Positions 36,590-49,600 of a DNA stretch of 64,000 bases are shown piece after piece. A program made the translations under genes and the position numbers. Under the pieces are notes generated by a model. The model saw only the letters and a program-made list of their open reading frames with translations. It ran no database searches and was not told the DNA's origin. The DNA is taken from the NCBI RefSeq assembly GCF_006345805.1, contig NC_043001.1, positions 40,052,001 through 40,116,000 on the forward strand, in the 5' to 3' direction. The DNA is from Octopus sinensis. Taxonomy: Eukaryota. How positions within the stretch are numbered: the first letter of the stretch is position 1; every line of letters begins with the position of its first letter.

Positions 36590-36905
36590 GACTCCCTTCG
36601 GTCATGAATGACCATGGGATTGCACGTAGAAAGTTACCCTCCGAGGCACAAGTCCAAGCAAGGTTGTTTATGGAAGACCAGCAGTCGCCTACGCATACCA
36701 GCCTCCCCTCAACACGCCACCGATGTTATCCAAGGTTATCCAAGGTGACGTCGCAGCTCATTTATTAACGTGCAAGTGTACAGCAGGGTTCACCATCACC
36801 CACTACCGGAGCCTCATGGAGCTTTAGGTGTTTTCGTTCAATAAACACTCACAATGCCCGTCTGCCGCGAATCCGCTGCCCTAACCACTGGGCCATTGCG
36901 CCTCC
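36590..36905 (-). mobile_element. tRNA-derived SINE with RTE-like tail
   Basis: Minus-strand head ggaggcgcaatggcccagtggttagggcagcgg; tail gagggtaactttct..tgcaatcccatggtcattcatgaccgaagg. Confidence 0.65.
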
Positions 36906-36943
36906 GTGTGTGTATGTATATATATATATATATATATATATAA

Positions 36944-37119
36944 TTGAAATTTATAGAAAAACAAAAGACGAAGACAGGTGTATGAATAACCAGCAAGTGT
37001 ATTAGTTTGAAGCTCAGGGAAAATGTAAAAGTCTTTTACATTTCGTGCCTACGCTCTCCAACAGAAAGTAATAAGAAGAAACAAACAAAGTGAGAATGAA
37101 AAAACATGTAGAGTTCAGC
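36944..37119 (-). mobile_element. Inverted copy of the PLE2 terminal repeat with a degenerate hammerhead (37033-37068)
   Basis: Reverse complement aligns with 35612-35775; motif CTTT-CTGTTGG-a-GAGC gtag GCAC-GAAAT-GT-A-AAAG. Confidence 0.8.
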
Positions 37120-37339
37120 GGTCCAATATGTGCAGGGTGTGGGGGTGCGTGTGTGTGTGTATTATCTGAAATATACACTGTTATATATACATCACAGCTG
37201 ATCTTAACAATCGGTTTCGCGCTAGGAATACAATGAAGTGTTAGGTAACAATCCGATTATATAACCAACGCTCATCAGAGTAAGCCGATATGGCTAACTC
37301 TTAAACGACTCACGCAAAATATCCTGGCAGATATCATTT

Positions 37340-37560
37340 AAATTCCAGACAATTTCCCACCAAATCGTGATTATAGTTGAGATGCACAAGAAACACAAGC
37401 CAGAGGACTCACAGAAGTTTTCTTCGTTAGCCGGTTGCTATGCCCACTCCAACTTCGCATAAAAGAATCATCTCTTGCCAACCATGAAAACATAACAGAT
37501 TCTCTGGTATTCTGCGTAGCATCTTTTCGTAACGTAGGAAAATTGTAACTTCAATCTATA
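37340..37560 (+). repeat. Diverged direct repeat, copy 2
   Basis: Aligns with 36021-36277, with one internal indel. Confidence 0.85.
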
Positions 37561-37564
37561 TACC

Positions 37565-37599
<35 letters not shown>

Positions 37600-38489
37600 G
37601 TGTGTGTGTGTGTGTGTGTGTGAATAGGATACGAGCGAAGTAGTGATAATCTGTATCGATAATTTGTGAGTGTAAACAATTGGAATGCGGAAAAGGTTAA
37701 AGAACGTAAAAAACTTTTTAGAATCCTTTATTTTCCATCACTGAGATTATGAGTTTGGCTTAAAAACAGTTTTTCAAAATCTCAAATAACTCAAAAAAAA
37801 AGACACCACCACTCACACATACACATTTTTAAAAAACTTCTTTCGAGAAATTTTCCGGAAAACATTGTGATTACGATTCTGAACACAAAATCTTTTCCTC
37901 AAAATTCCAATTACAAATCCTTGAATCTCTATACCAACATTCCGGATGTTTGCAACTTGAATGCTCACTACTGCATGCGTGGATTGTTATTGAAACAGCA
38001 GAAGAAATGAAGGTGACCTCAATATGGTCACTTGATTTGCTTGAAATAACCGCCAAATATCTGAAAAATAAAGTTTTCTAAACTTCCGATTTTTTAAACC
38101 AGCCCCATCCTCGGCTACCGAAGTAACGATATCTGTCGCGTATGCGTGGATGCCTCTTGAACCAGTAGAGTAATTGTGATCGCTCCAAAATTTCTTTTTT
38201 ATTAACCCCTCACTCGGCTTTCGGAATAACGACACCCGCCCCACAGAAATAAGGAATGTATCAGTACGGTAGTTTCAAGTCCCCACAACCAACCTATTTC
38301 AAAATATTAACTAAGGCTTTTGGTTCACCTCTTTACTGAAAAGATGAAATAGAGTTTGCATCCATATAATTCTACTTTCTTTATCATTGCGTAGACAAAT
38401 TTTAGTACTGAAATGTTTCAAATCGTCTTCAAAAGCCAACATGAATATCGTCGTTGGCGGCTGCAACTTTATCTCATATGTTAGTATTC

Positions 38490-38830
38490 ATTTTCTTCTT
38501 TGCTGAACGTTTTCTTTATGGTGATGCAGTTGACGACTCCGTAGACTAATACTTACATGGAAGAGTCGATGACATTGACAGCATAGCAATACTGGTGGAG
38601 GACGAGGCTGATTTTGTCTCCTGTCGTTTGATTTCTTCCTTTTTTCTTCTGGAAGCTTCGAAGTTTTTGGTTCCGACATTGACGGAACACCGCCACTTGG
38701 TACAATCTCGGGTTTGTGTGTCAAACGATTTAGGCCCAATTCCAGTGGTTTTGAGTGTTTCTTTGAGTTGGTCCTTGTATCTTCGAAGAGGGTAACTGCA
38801 TGGTCTTTTTCCTGAAGTGAGCTCACTGAA
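38490..38830 (-). mobile_element. RTE LINE 3'-end fragment
   Basis: Minus-strand EEKRKKSNDRRQNQPRPPPVLLCCQCHRLFHVSISLRSRQLHH, the C-terminal C2H2-like motif of RTE ORFs. Confidence 0.6.
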
Positions 38831-38878
38831 TAAGACTTAGCGTGAGAACCTTGATTCTTCTATTCTTATTGAAAGAAT

Positions 38879-39174
38879 CAAGGTTCCCAACATGTATATA
38901 CCGATTAAGCACTGAGATCAAAACAGTAAACTGAATTCGTAAAATTAAAGATTTATTATCTTTTTTTTAAATGCGTCTTCGCAGATTCTTATAGACTTGA
39001 AACTGATTCTTGCTCGACAAAAGAACCAAGGTTCCCAACATGTATATACCGATTAAGCACTGAGATCAAAACAGTAAACTGAATTCGTAAAATTAAAGAT
39101 TTATTATCTTTTTTTTAAATGCGTCTTCGCAGATTCTTATAGACTTGAAACTGATTCTTGCTCGACAAAAGAAC
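38879..39174 (+). repeat. Perfect 2 x 148-bp tandem duplication
   Basis: 38879-39026 is identical to 39027-39174, including the T8 run. Confidence 0.95.
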
Positions 39175-40186
39175 CTTCCCTACAGTTCCTTAGTCTTCAA
39201 CTGTAATTCCATTCACATCCAGAATACATTATAGCAATGTTTTTGATAGTTGGAAAAGGGGACCCTGGAGTATTGTCAGGATTAAGCAGGGTCCAGACCA
39301 ACAGCTGCGTTTTCAAATAATTAAGATCTTTCGAAACATTTAAAATTTACTTGTTTAACATCATAGCGACGAAGTGACACGGTAATGTGCTCAAGTGTTA
39401 TTAAAATCAAAACGTGATCAGACCTCTTTTGCCTCGAACTGGTCAACCCATATTTACTGTACGTTCGACCTGCAACAAATAGCAGCCAAGTCTCTCTTAA
39501 ATCACAGTCGACTGTACTGAAAAGAAAAGGATATTTTAGATTACATGGTCCTGGATACACATTGCCTGAAAAAGTGGGGTGGGCATGATTTCACTGCATT
39601 TGATTATAGGCCTATGTACTTAGAGTTAACTTGGGGACTAAACAACATCAACTACAGCGACTGTAACGGGGAGCGGAAACTGTGGTTTTTATTACACATC
39701 TTGTAAGTGGTATGCCTTAGGAATACCCTACTGTTAGCAATAAACTTTAATCCCAAAAGCCATCAAAATCACTCAAGCAAGGAGCTGATATCAGGAACAG
39801 CTATTTAACTGTATTTCCTTACTCTCTAAAAGAAAGAGACCTGTGAGAAGAGAATAAATAACAGTTCCTGTGTCAAGAAAAAAAAATGTATATAGTGATT
39901 GCGGTTACACACCATTTCCCATAGATCAAGTTTCTGAACAGTTCCTATGTGAAGACGAGAAATGTATATAGTAACTGCAATTAACCAATATTTCAGTAGA
40001 TCAGGTTTCAATACCTTACCTCATTCTTGTAAGATTATTGCTTGTTTTAACGTTTGTACAGAGTAGGTGTTCATCAGTTTACACAATGCTCTGTTTGCAC
40101 TCTTGGCCTCACCCATCCTTTTCTTATTTTACATAGTATAAAGAAACAGAAGCACCACTTCGTCCTTTCCATTTCGGTTTTTCATC

Positions 40187-43100
40187 TGTGGTGGAAAGGT
40201 AAGTGACCGGAAGTGAGAGGAAGTGACGTCGTGAAGGGACCGAAAGGGGTACGAGATGACTTCATGTCGGCGAGCAAGAGGTTGAAGACAGCCTCTTTCT
40301 TACGGGGGTCTGCGGCGAGGAAGGTCGTGTGCTGCTAACAGTCGTGGCGTAGTACTGCTTGCTGGCGAGGAAACGGCAGAGTCGACATGGGATTACAATT
40401 GAATGATTTGGCTGGTTGTCTCCGATTGCAATTCGGGGTAAAAGCAACTTTATTTTGTGCCTTTAAACCGCACAAGCTATTTCGGTACGTCTTTACTAGT
40501 TGTAAATATACGTCCGAGAATTGTGTGTGTGTGTGTGTAACGGGTAAAGTTTTGGTTCTTAGGAAGGTTGCAATGCTCTTGTTCGGGGTCACCAAATGTA
40601 ACGGTTGAAATCGGATTTGTATACAATAATATTGATATGTCGGAGTCACCAATTGTAACGGTAATTAGTTGTAACGATAAAGTTTTTGGTTCAAGTCGAG
40701 GGTCACTAAACGTAACGGTTGAAATTGATTTGTAAACATTATTAGTGATGATGTCGATAGTCAGCTGGTGTGACGATAAAAATTTGTTGTTATAATTGCA
40801 TGTTGTAGGATGTGAATGATGAACAATGCACGAAGTTTTAAGAAAGTATTTATTTACCGGTACATTACAATTACCTTGCCTCGACGTGCAGATTATGATA
40901 ATCCAAAAGCATGCGAAGTAAAGTTTGTGTTTGTGTCCTCTTCATTGTTTAGTAGTAAATACAGAGAGAAATAGAATGATGTTGTAAGAGAACAGAATTA
41001 GAGCTAGAGAGAATTGTAGGGTGTTGTCTCACAGTTGCTTTCTCCCTCTGACCAAGGTTCTAGCTGGTCAGCCAGACTTCGTCGAGTCGTCACCAACTGT
41101 AACTAACTCCGTTGAGTTGTCACGACTGTGACGAACTGATTTTTGTTTGGGGTATGCTTGCTTATATAACTATCCAGAAGGACAGATATATCATTGAGAA
41201 CAATAGATTTAGTTGGTGGTCTCTTATCTCTATTCTAGCTTTTGGTGAAGTAGAAGAGGTTAGAAAGAGTCAAGTGAAGACATTATTTCGGCCTAGCAAA
41301 AGGCATCTGGAAAATGTAAAACTGCTGTCAGAGAAAAGCCATTGTTCCATCGTGGGAACAGTTCTATTGCAGTGTTAATTTAAATTTGACTATGGTGGAT
41401 CGAATCCACTTCATGCATGCAAAATTAACTACATATATATATTGCTTTCTATTGTTCTTCCTCGTTTTTGAGCTCCTGCCATTCCGACCGCCGGCGCGCG
41501 ATCTCCACGAAAATCAGAATTAGTAGTGATGCGTTGAAACTGTTTACTAGGAAAAGCGATGTGGTGGCCTGAATAAAAAAAAGTGAGACTCGTGGCGAAG
41601 CTGCAGGGTATAGATGTGACTAGCCTTATGCTACTGTAGAAAGCAGTGCGCTGAATCTGTACTTAGAGATGAACCAGGAAAAAGTGGCTGAAGAACACAT
41701 ACACAGAGGAGGCTCTTAAAGCCTACAGTAAGCTCGGAAGAATAAGATGAAGGAGTGAGCAGATAGATGACTACATGGACGAGATTAGGTCGGCGGCCTA
41801 GCAGGGTTTACTACAGCCACGATGGAACGGATAGTGAAGCTGACTTTTGTGACCGGATTCCCCGACCATATCTTGTTACGTCTGTTGCAGATGCCAGACA
41901 TCGAAACGATATCGGCAGGAGAAATGATAGACAAAACGCAGGTTTTGACGCAAAGCAACACAACGTAGTGGCAACAGTAACAGCGGAAACAAGCAGAACG
42001 AATTGACAGGCAGCGAACAACGACAGCAAGAGTCTGGCGACGCGAACAGCCAAGGGACCATGCTTCAGATGTCGAGGTAGGAACATGGTCAGGGTATGTG
42101 CGGAACCAAAACCAATGCGGCCAACGTGGGTACATAGCGAATTACTGCAGGCAGGGAAAGAAAGAGAGGGAAACTACTGCCTCACTAGTTCCCCATAAGA
42201 CCAATTGAAGGCGTATCACAGATTGTTACCTGTAGTGAGGCTTATGGTGGGGTGACGGAAGCACGAGCCCTCGTGGATACGGGTTGTACGACCACTCTGG
42301 TAACTGCGAGAATAGTCGAGAGCTGGAGAGGAAACATCAGGCTCAGTGCGGTGGATGGCACGGAGGTCAATGTATGGGTATCAGAGAAGTGAATCTGGAG
42401 ATACAGGAGTCCGTGTTAAGGCTACAGGCGGTTGTAGTTGATGAGGTGGTGGACGACGTCATGGTGGACGGTAGAGGAAGACTGGAAGAGCTAGCCATTG
42501 ATGTGACGCACTATTGGGGAAAGGTATACATTTAATGGTCAGCTGTGGACCTAGGAGTATGGCTGTAAGGAGAGAGATCAGGGAAGAAACTGCTGCCGAA
42601 GTCGCAGAAGTGCTGGATGCGATGTTCTTGGAAAGAGGACATGTAGACGAGCTATTGGTGGACAACAGCACAGTCTTTCGATCAGAGCAGCTGAAGGAAA
42701 TGCTCGAAAGGTGAAGCACAAGACGCTTCTTTAGAGCCGCATGCAGGCTCGGTGGAAACGGGATTGTGGAACGGCACCACCGTACGATTAAAGTAATGGC
42801 TGAGAGAGGACGAATCTCCCCAACATAGGCAGTCTTCTGGTACAACATGTCACCCAGGGCAGAGCAAGTTGAAGAGTCGGTCTCGCAAACGGCCATATTC
42901 TGGTACAAATGGAGACACTCAAGCATAGTGCTGCAGCAGCCAGAGGTGGAAGGGGTTGCATCTATGCAGGTTGGAGACGAAATGTGAGTGAAGCCCCCGA
43001 ACGCTCGGTGCACAATGTAGTGGGGATAAGGTGACCGCGATCAGTACTCTGAATAATGTATCAGTGGATTGTATGCCGCGTCACGTCCTGGATATTCGAA

Positions 43101-43295
43101 GGGGGATTAGCTCTTCTGATTACGAAGGGGAGGGAGAGGCCAGCCCCGTCACCCTGCGGGGATCTCAAAGAGAACGTTGCTACCCCACCCACCCAAATGG
43201 ATGGACGATTACGAAACAGAACAAGCGAGCAGTGATCATTAAATTAGGGGGCATGTGGTGGAAGGGTAAGTGACCGAAAGGGAGAGGGAGTGACG
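40187..43295 (+). mobile_element. Gypsy/Ty3-type LTR retrotransposon relic: 5' LTR, gag, protease, integrase, PPT, truncated 3' LTR; RT-RNase H absent
   Basis: LTR start tgtggtggaa.ggtaagtgacc at both 40187 and 43254, the latter after PPT aaattaggggg; gag KKVRLVAKLQ and two Zn-knuckle-like motifs (about 42060-42150); protease RALVDTGCTTTLV (about 42265); integrase LAIDVTHY...LLVDNSTVFRS...GNGIVERHHRTIK (42480-42800). Confidence 0.85.
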
Positions 43296-43600
43296 CATGT
43301 GGGACGAGTTAGTTTATCAACCGAGTCTATCGTGAATATTGCCGCGCCTCCTTCCTTGAGAGGAGAAGGAAGAGCCATTTTCATCGTACTTGTGGCTATG
43401 GCGAAAAGCCTAGAGACAAACACTTTCCTCTCTAGTGAATCTCTCGTCAACTTCTTCAAGTATCATTTGAAAAGGAAGGTGAGAGTAGACAGGGAAGTTT
43501 TGTCAAGTGAATGTTTCAAAAAAAGATGGGTGAATGTAGCAAGGATGGCACATGTGAATGACGGAGCCACATTGAGCATAATCCTATGAACCAGAAAAAG
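43290..43600 (+). mobile_element. Tx1/L1-like ORF2 C-terminal fragment replacing the Gypsy 3' LTR
   Basis: ORF 43290-43589 ...LVAMAK..LETNTFLSSESLVNFFKYHLKRKVRVDREVLSSECFKKRW resembles Tx1 ORF2 termini. Confidence 0.5.
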
Positions 43601-43619
43601 AAAGGATGTAATGTGTTTT

Positions 43620-44960
43620 TTGCATGACATTATTGCCTGAGGTTAGCGTGCTCTTTTCCGTAGGCTTTCCTTTCCACGGATAAACCTAATCTATCTCCCC
43701 TTTTACATTATGACATTTCTGTGATACACGATAGACTTCTATTGATAGGCTTCTTTTGATCAAAATTCTATCCTCGATAACACAGTGGCTCACAAGGTGT
43801 TTCCAGTACCAGTACTCATACCAACATTTGAACTTCTTGACCGGACGCTTGATGAGATCCGAGCCATTGATGTGAAAACCCGGAAGATACTAACCAGCAC
43901 ACATAATTTCCACATCAACATTGACGTAGACGGCCTCTACCTAAAACGAAAACATGGCGGCAGAGGCTTAACATCAGTCTAGACTGCTTTTGAATGTCAT
44001 ATCATATCGCTTTTTAACATTTTTTAACCACCAAGTATCGAAGTGCATCCCTTGACTAAGTTTGCATACATGAGGTTGATATCATGAGACTTGGAAAGCA
44101 GCTCCTTGAGCCGCATTCCTTGTTTGATAACCTTAAATACATACCCAAAGAAGTCACACAGCTCTACTGCAACGTACCATGAGATGAAAGGATGAGCATA
44201 TATCAGCAGAAGACCATGCATGGATATGTAAGTAGAAAGCTCCAGGATGAGAGTAAGATTGATCGTCAAAGCAGTTTACATGGACCAACAACTGGATACC
44301 TCACTCCCACTTTGCGCTTGCAATCCAGGAACAGGAAACATCAACCAAATACCTGATACCCAAAAGGGACAGAGATGCACGGAAAGCACCAAAATGTGAT
44401 AACCGATGCAGACTTTGTGAAGTTAACATCGAAGATATCATCCACATCATAAGCAGTTGTCGGAAAATGTTACCACAGTATTATCTACCAATGAGACACG
44501 ATGTTGTAGCTAAGACACAGCATAATGATATCCGTCAGAGGGATAACCCTGAGACCAAAGAGATAAGAACCCACACACAGTATGGTAGAAACCATAGCCA
44601 CTCGTGATAAAAAGGAGTAGTGGTGGAATATCCCAGTGAAAACCTCAATAAAATGTAAATATAATAGACTTGGCATAATGATTTAGGATAGAGAAGAGAA
44701 ACTGTGTACAGTTGTGGGAATTTGCTACCCAGTTGGTATTAACATAAAGCTAAAGATCAGCGAAAAAGAAAATACCTACGCTGAACCATTGAAAAATCTA
44801 GTTACTCTATCCAGATTACAAGTTCAGGTTTATACCTGCAATTATTAGCGCACTGAGGTAAGTAACACACCGCCTAAGTAATAAACCTAAGAAATTAGGC
44901 TCCTCAAAACCAGAAAGGAGAAAACTGATTCGAAGATTACAGATCCAAGCCATCACTGGA
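43620..44960 (+). mobile_element. R4/Dong-like non-LTR element, 3' half (RT thumb, CCHC finger, REL), decayed
   Basis: LDEIRAIDVKTRKILT..HNFH...DVDGLYLKRKHGGRGL; AIQEQE.STKYL; CRLCEVNIEDIIHIISSC...YLPMRHDVVAK; degenerate RPD..D..K region. Confidence 0.8.
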
Positions 44961-45721
44961 ACTGTAAAAATCTGTAAAACTTTCCAGAAGTTTATCATTT
45001 AAGTATATATGAACATGTCTAGACATGAGAATACATACATAAAATAAAACATACAAATCTGCACATATACATACAAAAATGCCGTCGACGTTGAAATTCT
45101 ATAGAAGGAGCCTTGGATCAAGGTTAGAAACCGGCTCTTTCTCTATTAGCAAGAAATCTTGAAATAAAACTGAATAATAACATACATGCATGCATGCATG
45201 CATACATACATACATACATACATACATACATACATGTATGCATGCATGCATGCATGCATGCACAAATATAACAGTTTGCCTTTGCAGCAAAAAAAAAAAA
45301 AGCTCGAAGTTACGAGACGTCATTTGAATAAGACTCGGAAATATGAATGAGTGGGCCGAGACACTTTAAGCCATCTCTGTCCTTCAACTACCTAACTTTT
45401 TTATTCTTAATCGCTCGCTCTGAAAACTCTAAAAACTTGTCACGGAATGCGGAACTTGTCGACGCGTTCAAATTTTGCTCTCATTCAAATTTCAATTCAC
45501 CCGCTGACTAAATTCTCTAAACTTCAATGAAAAAAAAAAGAAAAAAGCTGGTTTAAAGCTTAAGACCCAAATTTAATCTTAGCTACTTTCAACACTCAAT
45601 GCATGAATTTTATAACTATATGAATTGGTTAACATATTGTAATATTCTTAATGTATTTCTAAGTGTGATGACGGGCATACTTATGAATTTGTAAAAGATC
45701 CTTTTTTTTTTTTTTTTTTAC

Positions 45722-45925
45722 TCTAAGTACAAGGCCAGAAATTTTTGGGAAGGGGTCCAGTCGATTAGATCGACTCCGGTGCACAACTGGTACTTAATTT
45801 ATCGATCCCGAAATGATGAAAGGTAAAGTCGACATCGGCGGAATTTGAACTCAGAACATAAAGACAGACGAAATACCGCTAAACATTTCGCCCGGTATGC
45901 TAACGTTTCTGCTAGCTCGCCACCT
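45722..45925 (-). mobile_element. SINE family B, type-1 tail, preceded by poly(T)
   Basis: Full head ggtggcgagctagcagaaacgttagca, core, and tail; T run at 45701-45719 is the A-tail on the minus strand. Confidence 0.85.
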
Positions 45926-46573
45926 TAAAAGGTCCATTATTTTTCGCAGTGCAGATGCGTCCCTAGATGCACTGGTAAATATTGCCAAGCTGAGTCCCGG
46001 TTAAATACGTACAAATATTATAGTATCGAGCAAGTATCACAAAATTTACTGAATGTAGAAGGCTATTTTCAGGATATGTGTATTAGACAATTCACAGTTA
46101 CACACACCAACATGAAATCCACACATATACAAGAATACCTACCACATTATACAGAATTGCGTTTGCGGCAATTTTGGATTTTTTTACATTTATTTTCGTA
46201 ATGACATCATCTGGCCAATCGGCGTAAGAACTTTCAGTCATAGCATGATAAAAATTTCTCCTTGTATAATCGCTCGTGGTGCTTGAAAAGGAAACAGCTC
46301 ATCCTCCCCAAACCACATCTTACCGTCTAAAAGAAAATAATATACATGGGTAACGTAATTGTAGATATAGTTTACCTAAGAAGTGGAGAGGATGGTTTGA
46401 CCAAGAAACTTTTAGGGTGGAACTGTGTTAAATAACAACCAGCTTACGACACGAGTTGTCTGCCTTAGACAGGATAAAATAAAAAGGAAAAAGAAAAAAA
46501 AAAGCGATTGGGGTAATTAATGATGAAGATTACGTCCCCTGTGTAGCCGATAGATGGCACTTGTTTCCTCATC

Positions 46574-46625
46574 ATGTCAACTGTACGTGGTAGCTGTCTG
46601 CTTGTGCTCAGTGCATCATCCCCAG
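46574..46625 (+). CDS. GATD1: GATD1 coding exon 1: [17 protein letters not shown](G)
   Basis: atcATGT start; CCA G|gtaac donor; phase 1 matches exon 2. Confidence 0.88.
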
Positions 46626-49600
46626 GTAACATTAATGGGGCCTTTTCGGTCTGTTACATGTAACTTTTATCGTTTACAGCGCCTTTACAAGTTTTCTCGA
46701 TTTACTTTGATCTTATTCAAAATTTAAGAATTCTCTACTCATTACGCCCCTTTTTATAAATGAATTTTAATATGTTCTTATAGATTTCTGACAGAAGTAT
46801 GTATATGAAATCGTAAATCAAAACATACATTGTATTTTGGGGAAGTTATATTTGACGTTTATTAAATACAGACCCTGTGGACATTGACTCAGTTCTTTTC
46901 ATTGTTACGAATAGCAAATTTATCATATATCGACACCATGATCGCTGATACTGTCGCTCTGATCATGAAACGAGTTCTTGTGAATTCATTCATCGGTTTT
47001 AGTATTTTGTTTTTTAGAATATACGTACCCGACGAATCAAAAGACAAATTTATCCTTTACTGAATCAATAATAAATTTGACTTTTGACTGTCTGTGTATT
47101 TAAAATTAAAGATCCACTAGCACTTTTTTCTCCATTTTCTTAATCCAGTAAATGAAACCAGTAAAACAAAGAAAAGAAATGTGTCTTTTATCTTTTACTT
47201 GTTTCAGTCACTGAACTGCGGCCATGCTATAGCATCGCCTGAATTGGTTTAATCAAATAACTCCATTCCTGTACTTCTTTTAAAATCTAATTCTTATTCT
47301 ATTGCTCCCATTTGCCGAACCTCTAAGTTACGGAAACGTAAGCAAACCAACGCGAGTTATGAAGCGATTGTGGGGGACAAACATATTCAAAATTACCTGG
47401 TCTGTCGTAGTTAATGTGGAACTTTACAGGAATGAGAGCTTCAAATCCAAGAAAGGGTGTGACCTTTGAGCGAAAAACCGAGAATTTTTACTCAAGGCAC
47501 CGATAGTTAGCTCAAAAGAAAAGAAATGAACTGTTAACGCCTTGAATGCATGCATCTAAGTATCTCTTATGCAAATACAAGCTTCCTTGAATATTGTTTT
47601 GGTTCCGAAAAAATGTTGGTTTTTAAAATGTTTAATTAATAGGTTTTATTGATATATGTTTTAATATGTGAGTATATGTTTATAAGCATATGAGTATATG
47701 CATACATGTATGTATATATGTATACATGAATATATAATTCTGTGCATACGTGTGCCTATGAGTGGACATATATTTATATGTATGCATTTGCACAGGTGCA
47801 TGTCAAATGGACACCTGCATACTCACTCATTGTTTTTAAAACATTGTAAAAGTATTATTTTGGAACATTGCTTGAAAAGCAATGCAGTTTCGTGACTTCA
47901 ATCATAATGAAGTTTATGACGTTTATAATGATACTTGGCTGAATAGCCCGTCGTTGCTGGGCAATTTTTACTATAGAGTGTCGTATATAATTTTTTTTTT
48001 TAATTCCATGTTAGACCATACTTTCCATTACAGATCAGGACAGAATTGTGCAATTTTTCACAAAAATACTTTGTTGAGGATTTTTTGCCTTTTTAAATTA
48101 TTTACATGTCTGTTCAACCATTTTGCATGACTACATTCATTAAAACATATTAAAACTTTAGAAGTTCTTACAACTTTAGTCGTCATAATGCTTTGCTTTG
48201 ATTTGTTTAATAAAAATTCCTCCTCGTAATAATTTTATTTTCATTTTGTGATAGATAACTATCATGCAGAAAATGCCAGCTTCCAAATTTTGTTTTCTGA
48301 TTAGGTAAAATTGGTTAAACTTTAAACCTCAGTAACATTTTTCTGGAACAAATAAATAAGAAAATCAGATTTAACATGGAAAATTATTTCAATATACTAA
48401 ATTTGAAAATTTTGATGTAATTTTAAAATTTCCCATGTGACAGCAACAGGGAAGACCCTACAAAAGTAGACAGACAGACAGTTATAGGACATCACACACA
48501 CACACATTACAAGTTTAAAATGGTGTATAGTATGCATAAGTATGTATGCATGTATATATATATATATGTGTATGTGTGTGTTTCTTTGTGATGGAAAAGC
48601 CACCTACCCCCACTCTCCTTAAAGTTACATATTCCTCACACCCACCTTTCGCTTCCTTGTAATTTTAAAAGTTACTTATGTGTATGTGCATGCATGTATC
48701 TATGCATTTATGAAAGTATATATGCAGCGTTGCATGTATATCCCCGAATGACAGCTGTATTAATGTTAACATCCCACTGCCACTCCGTATTTGTCTCTTA
48801 CACAATGCTGTTCTCCCCTTCCTTGATATCAGCCACACTCATTATGCCACCACATTTCCCTCATGCTAACCTCTTGCATCCTCTTCACTTTATCAAATAA
48901 TAGTCCCCCCCCCAACCTAGGGAGCCCACCATAGATTTATATTGACATCCAATTAGTCTATAATTGAACTGGATGTTAATTTAACATGTATGCAAAGTTT
49001 CATCAAGGTTGGTTCACTGGTGTAGGCAAGATGGTAAAAGATAGAGCACCAGATGGAAATTGCCATTTATGTATAAGATTACCACAAGAACCAGAAATGA
49101 AATCAAACCTTTTGAGTTTGACACAGCTGTTTTCACACATGACATTCACAAAGATTTCTCAACTAACGAACATAAATATGAGCATTTCTTTCAAACTTTC
49201 GTTTCATATTTCAAAAGATATTCAGACAGTGAATATTCCAAAAAAATTGAGGCTTGGTTTACTGGCTGATGACTGGAAACAAGCAACTCTGAGTATTAGA
49301 AATTGGAGCAATGTTGGAAAATGGAGTCGGAACTGCCTTATATTCAAATAAATATGATAAATGCTCATGCAGAAGAAAATCAAAATGCCCATTGACGAAC
49401 CTCTGTATGAGTACAAATCTTGTATATAAATGTACTGTGCACACAAGGAGAGTGCCGTATGCTTACACTGGGCAAACAGCTGATTCATTTAAGAATCTTT
49501 ATCATAACCATGTCACCAGCTTTAAGACAATCAATAAGAGACATTCAACACCTTTGCCCAGTTTTGTATGGCAACTGAAGGAGGATAAAATTAAGTACAA

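Noticed and set aside
43254-43422. Complete 169-bp 3' LTR ending in CA
   Set aside because: Similarity to the 5' LTR stops after about 42 bp, the remainder encodes a Tx1-like C-terminus, and no target-site duplication was found
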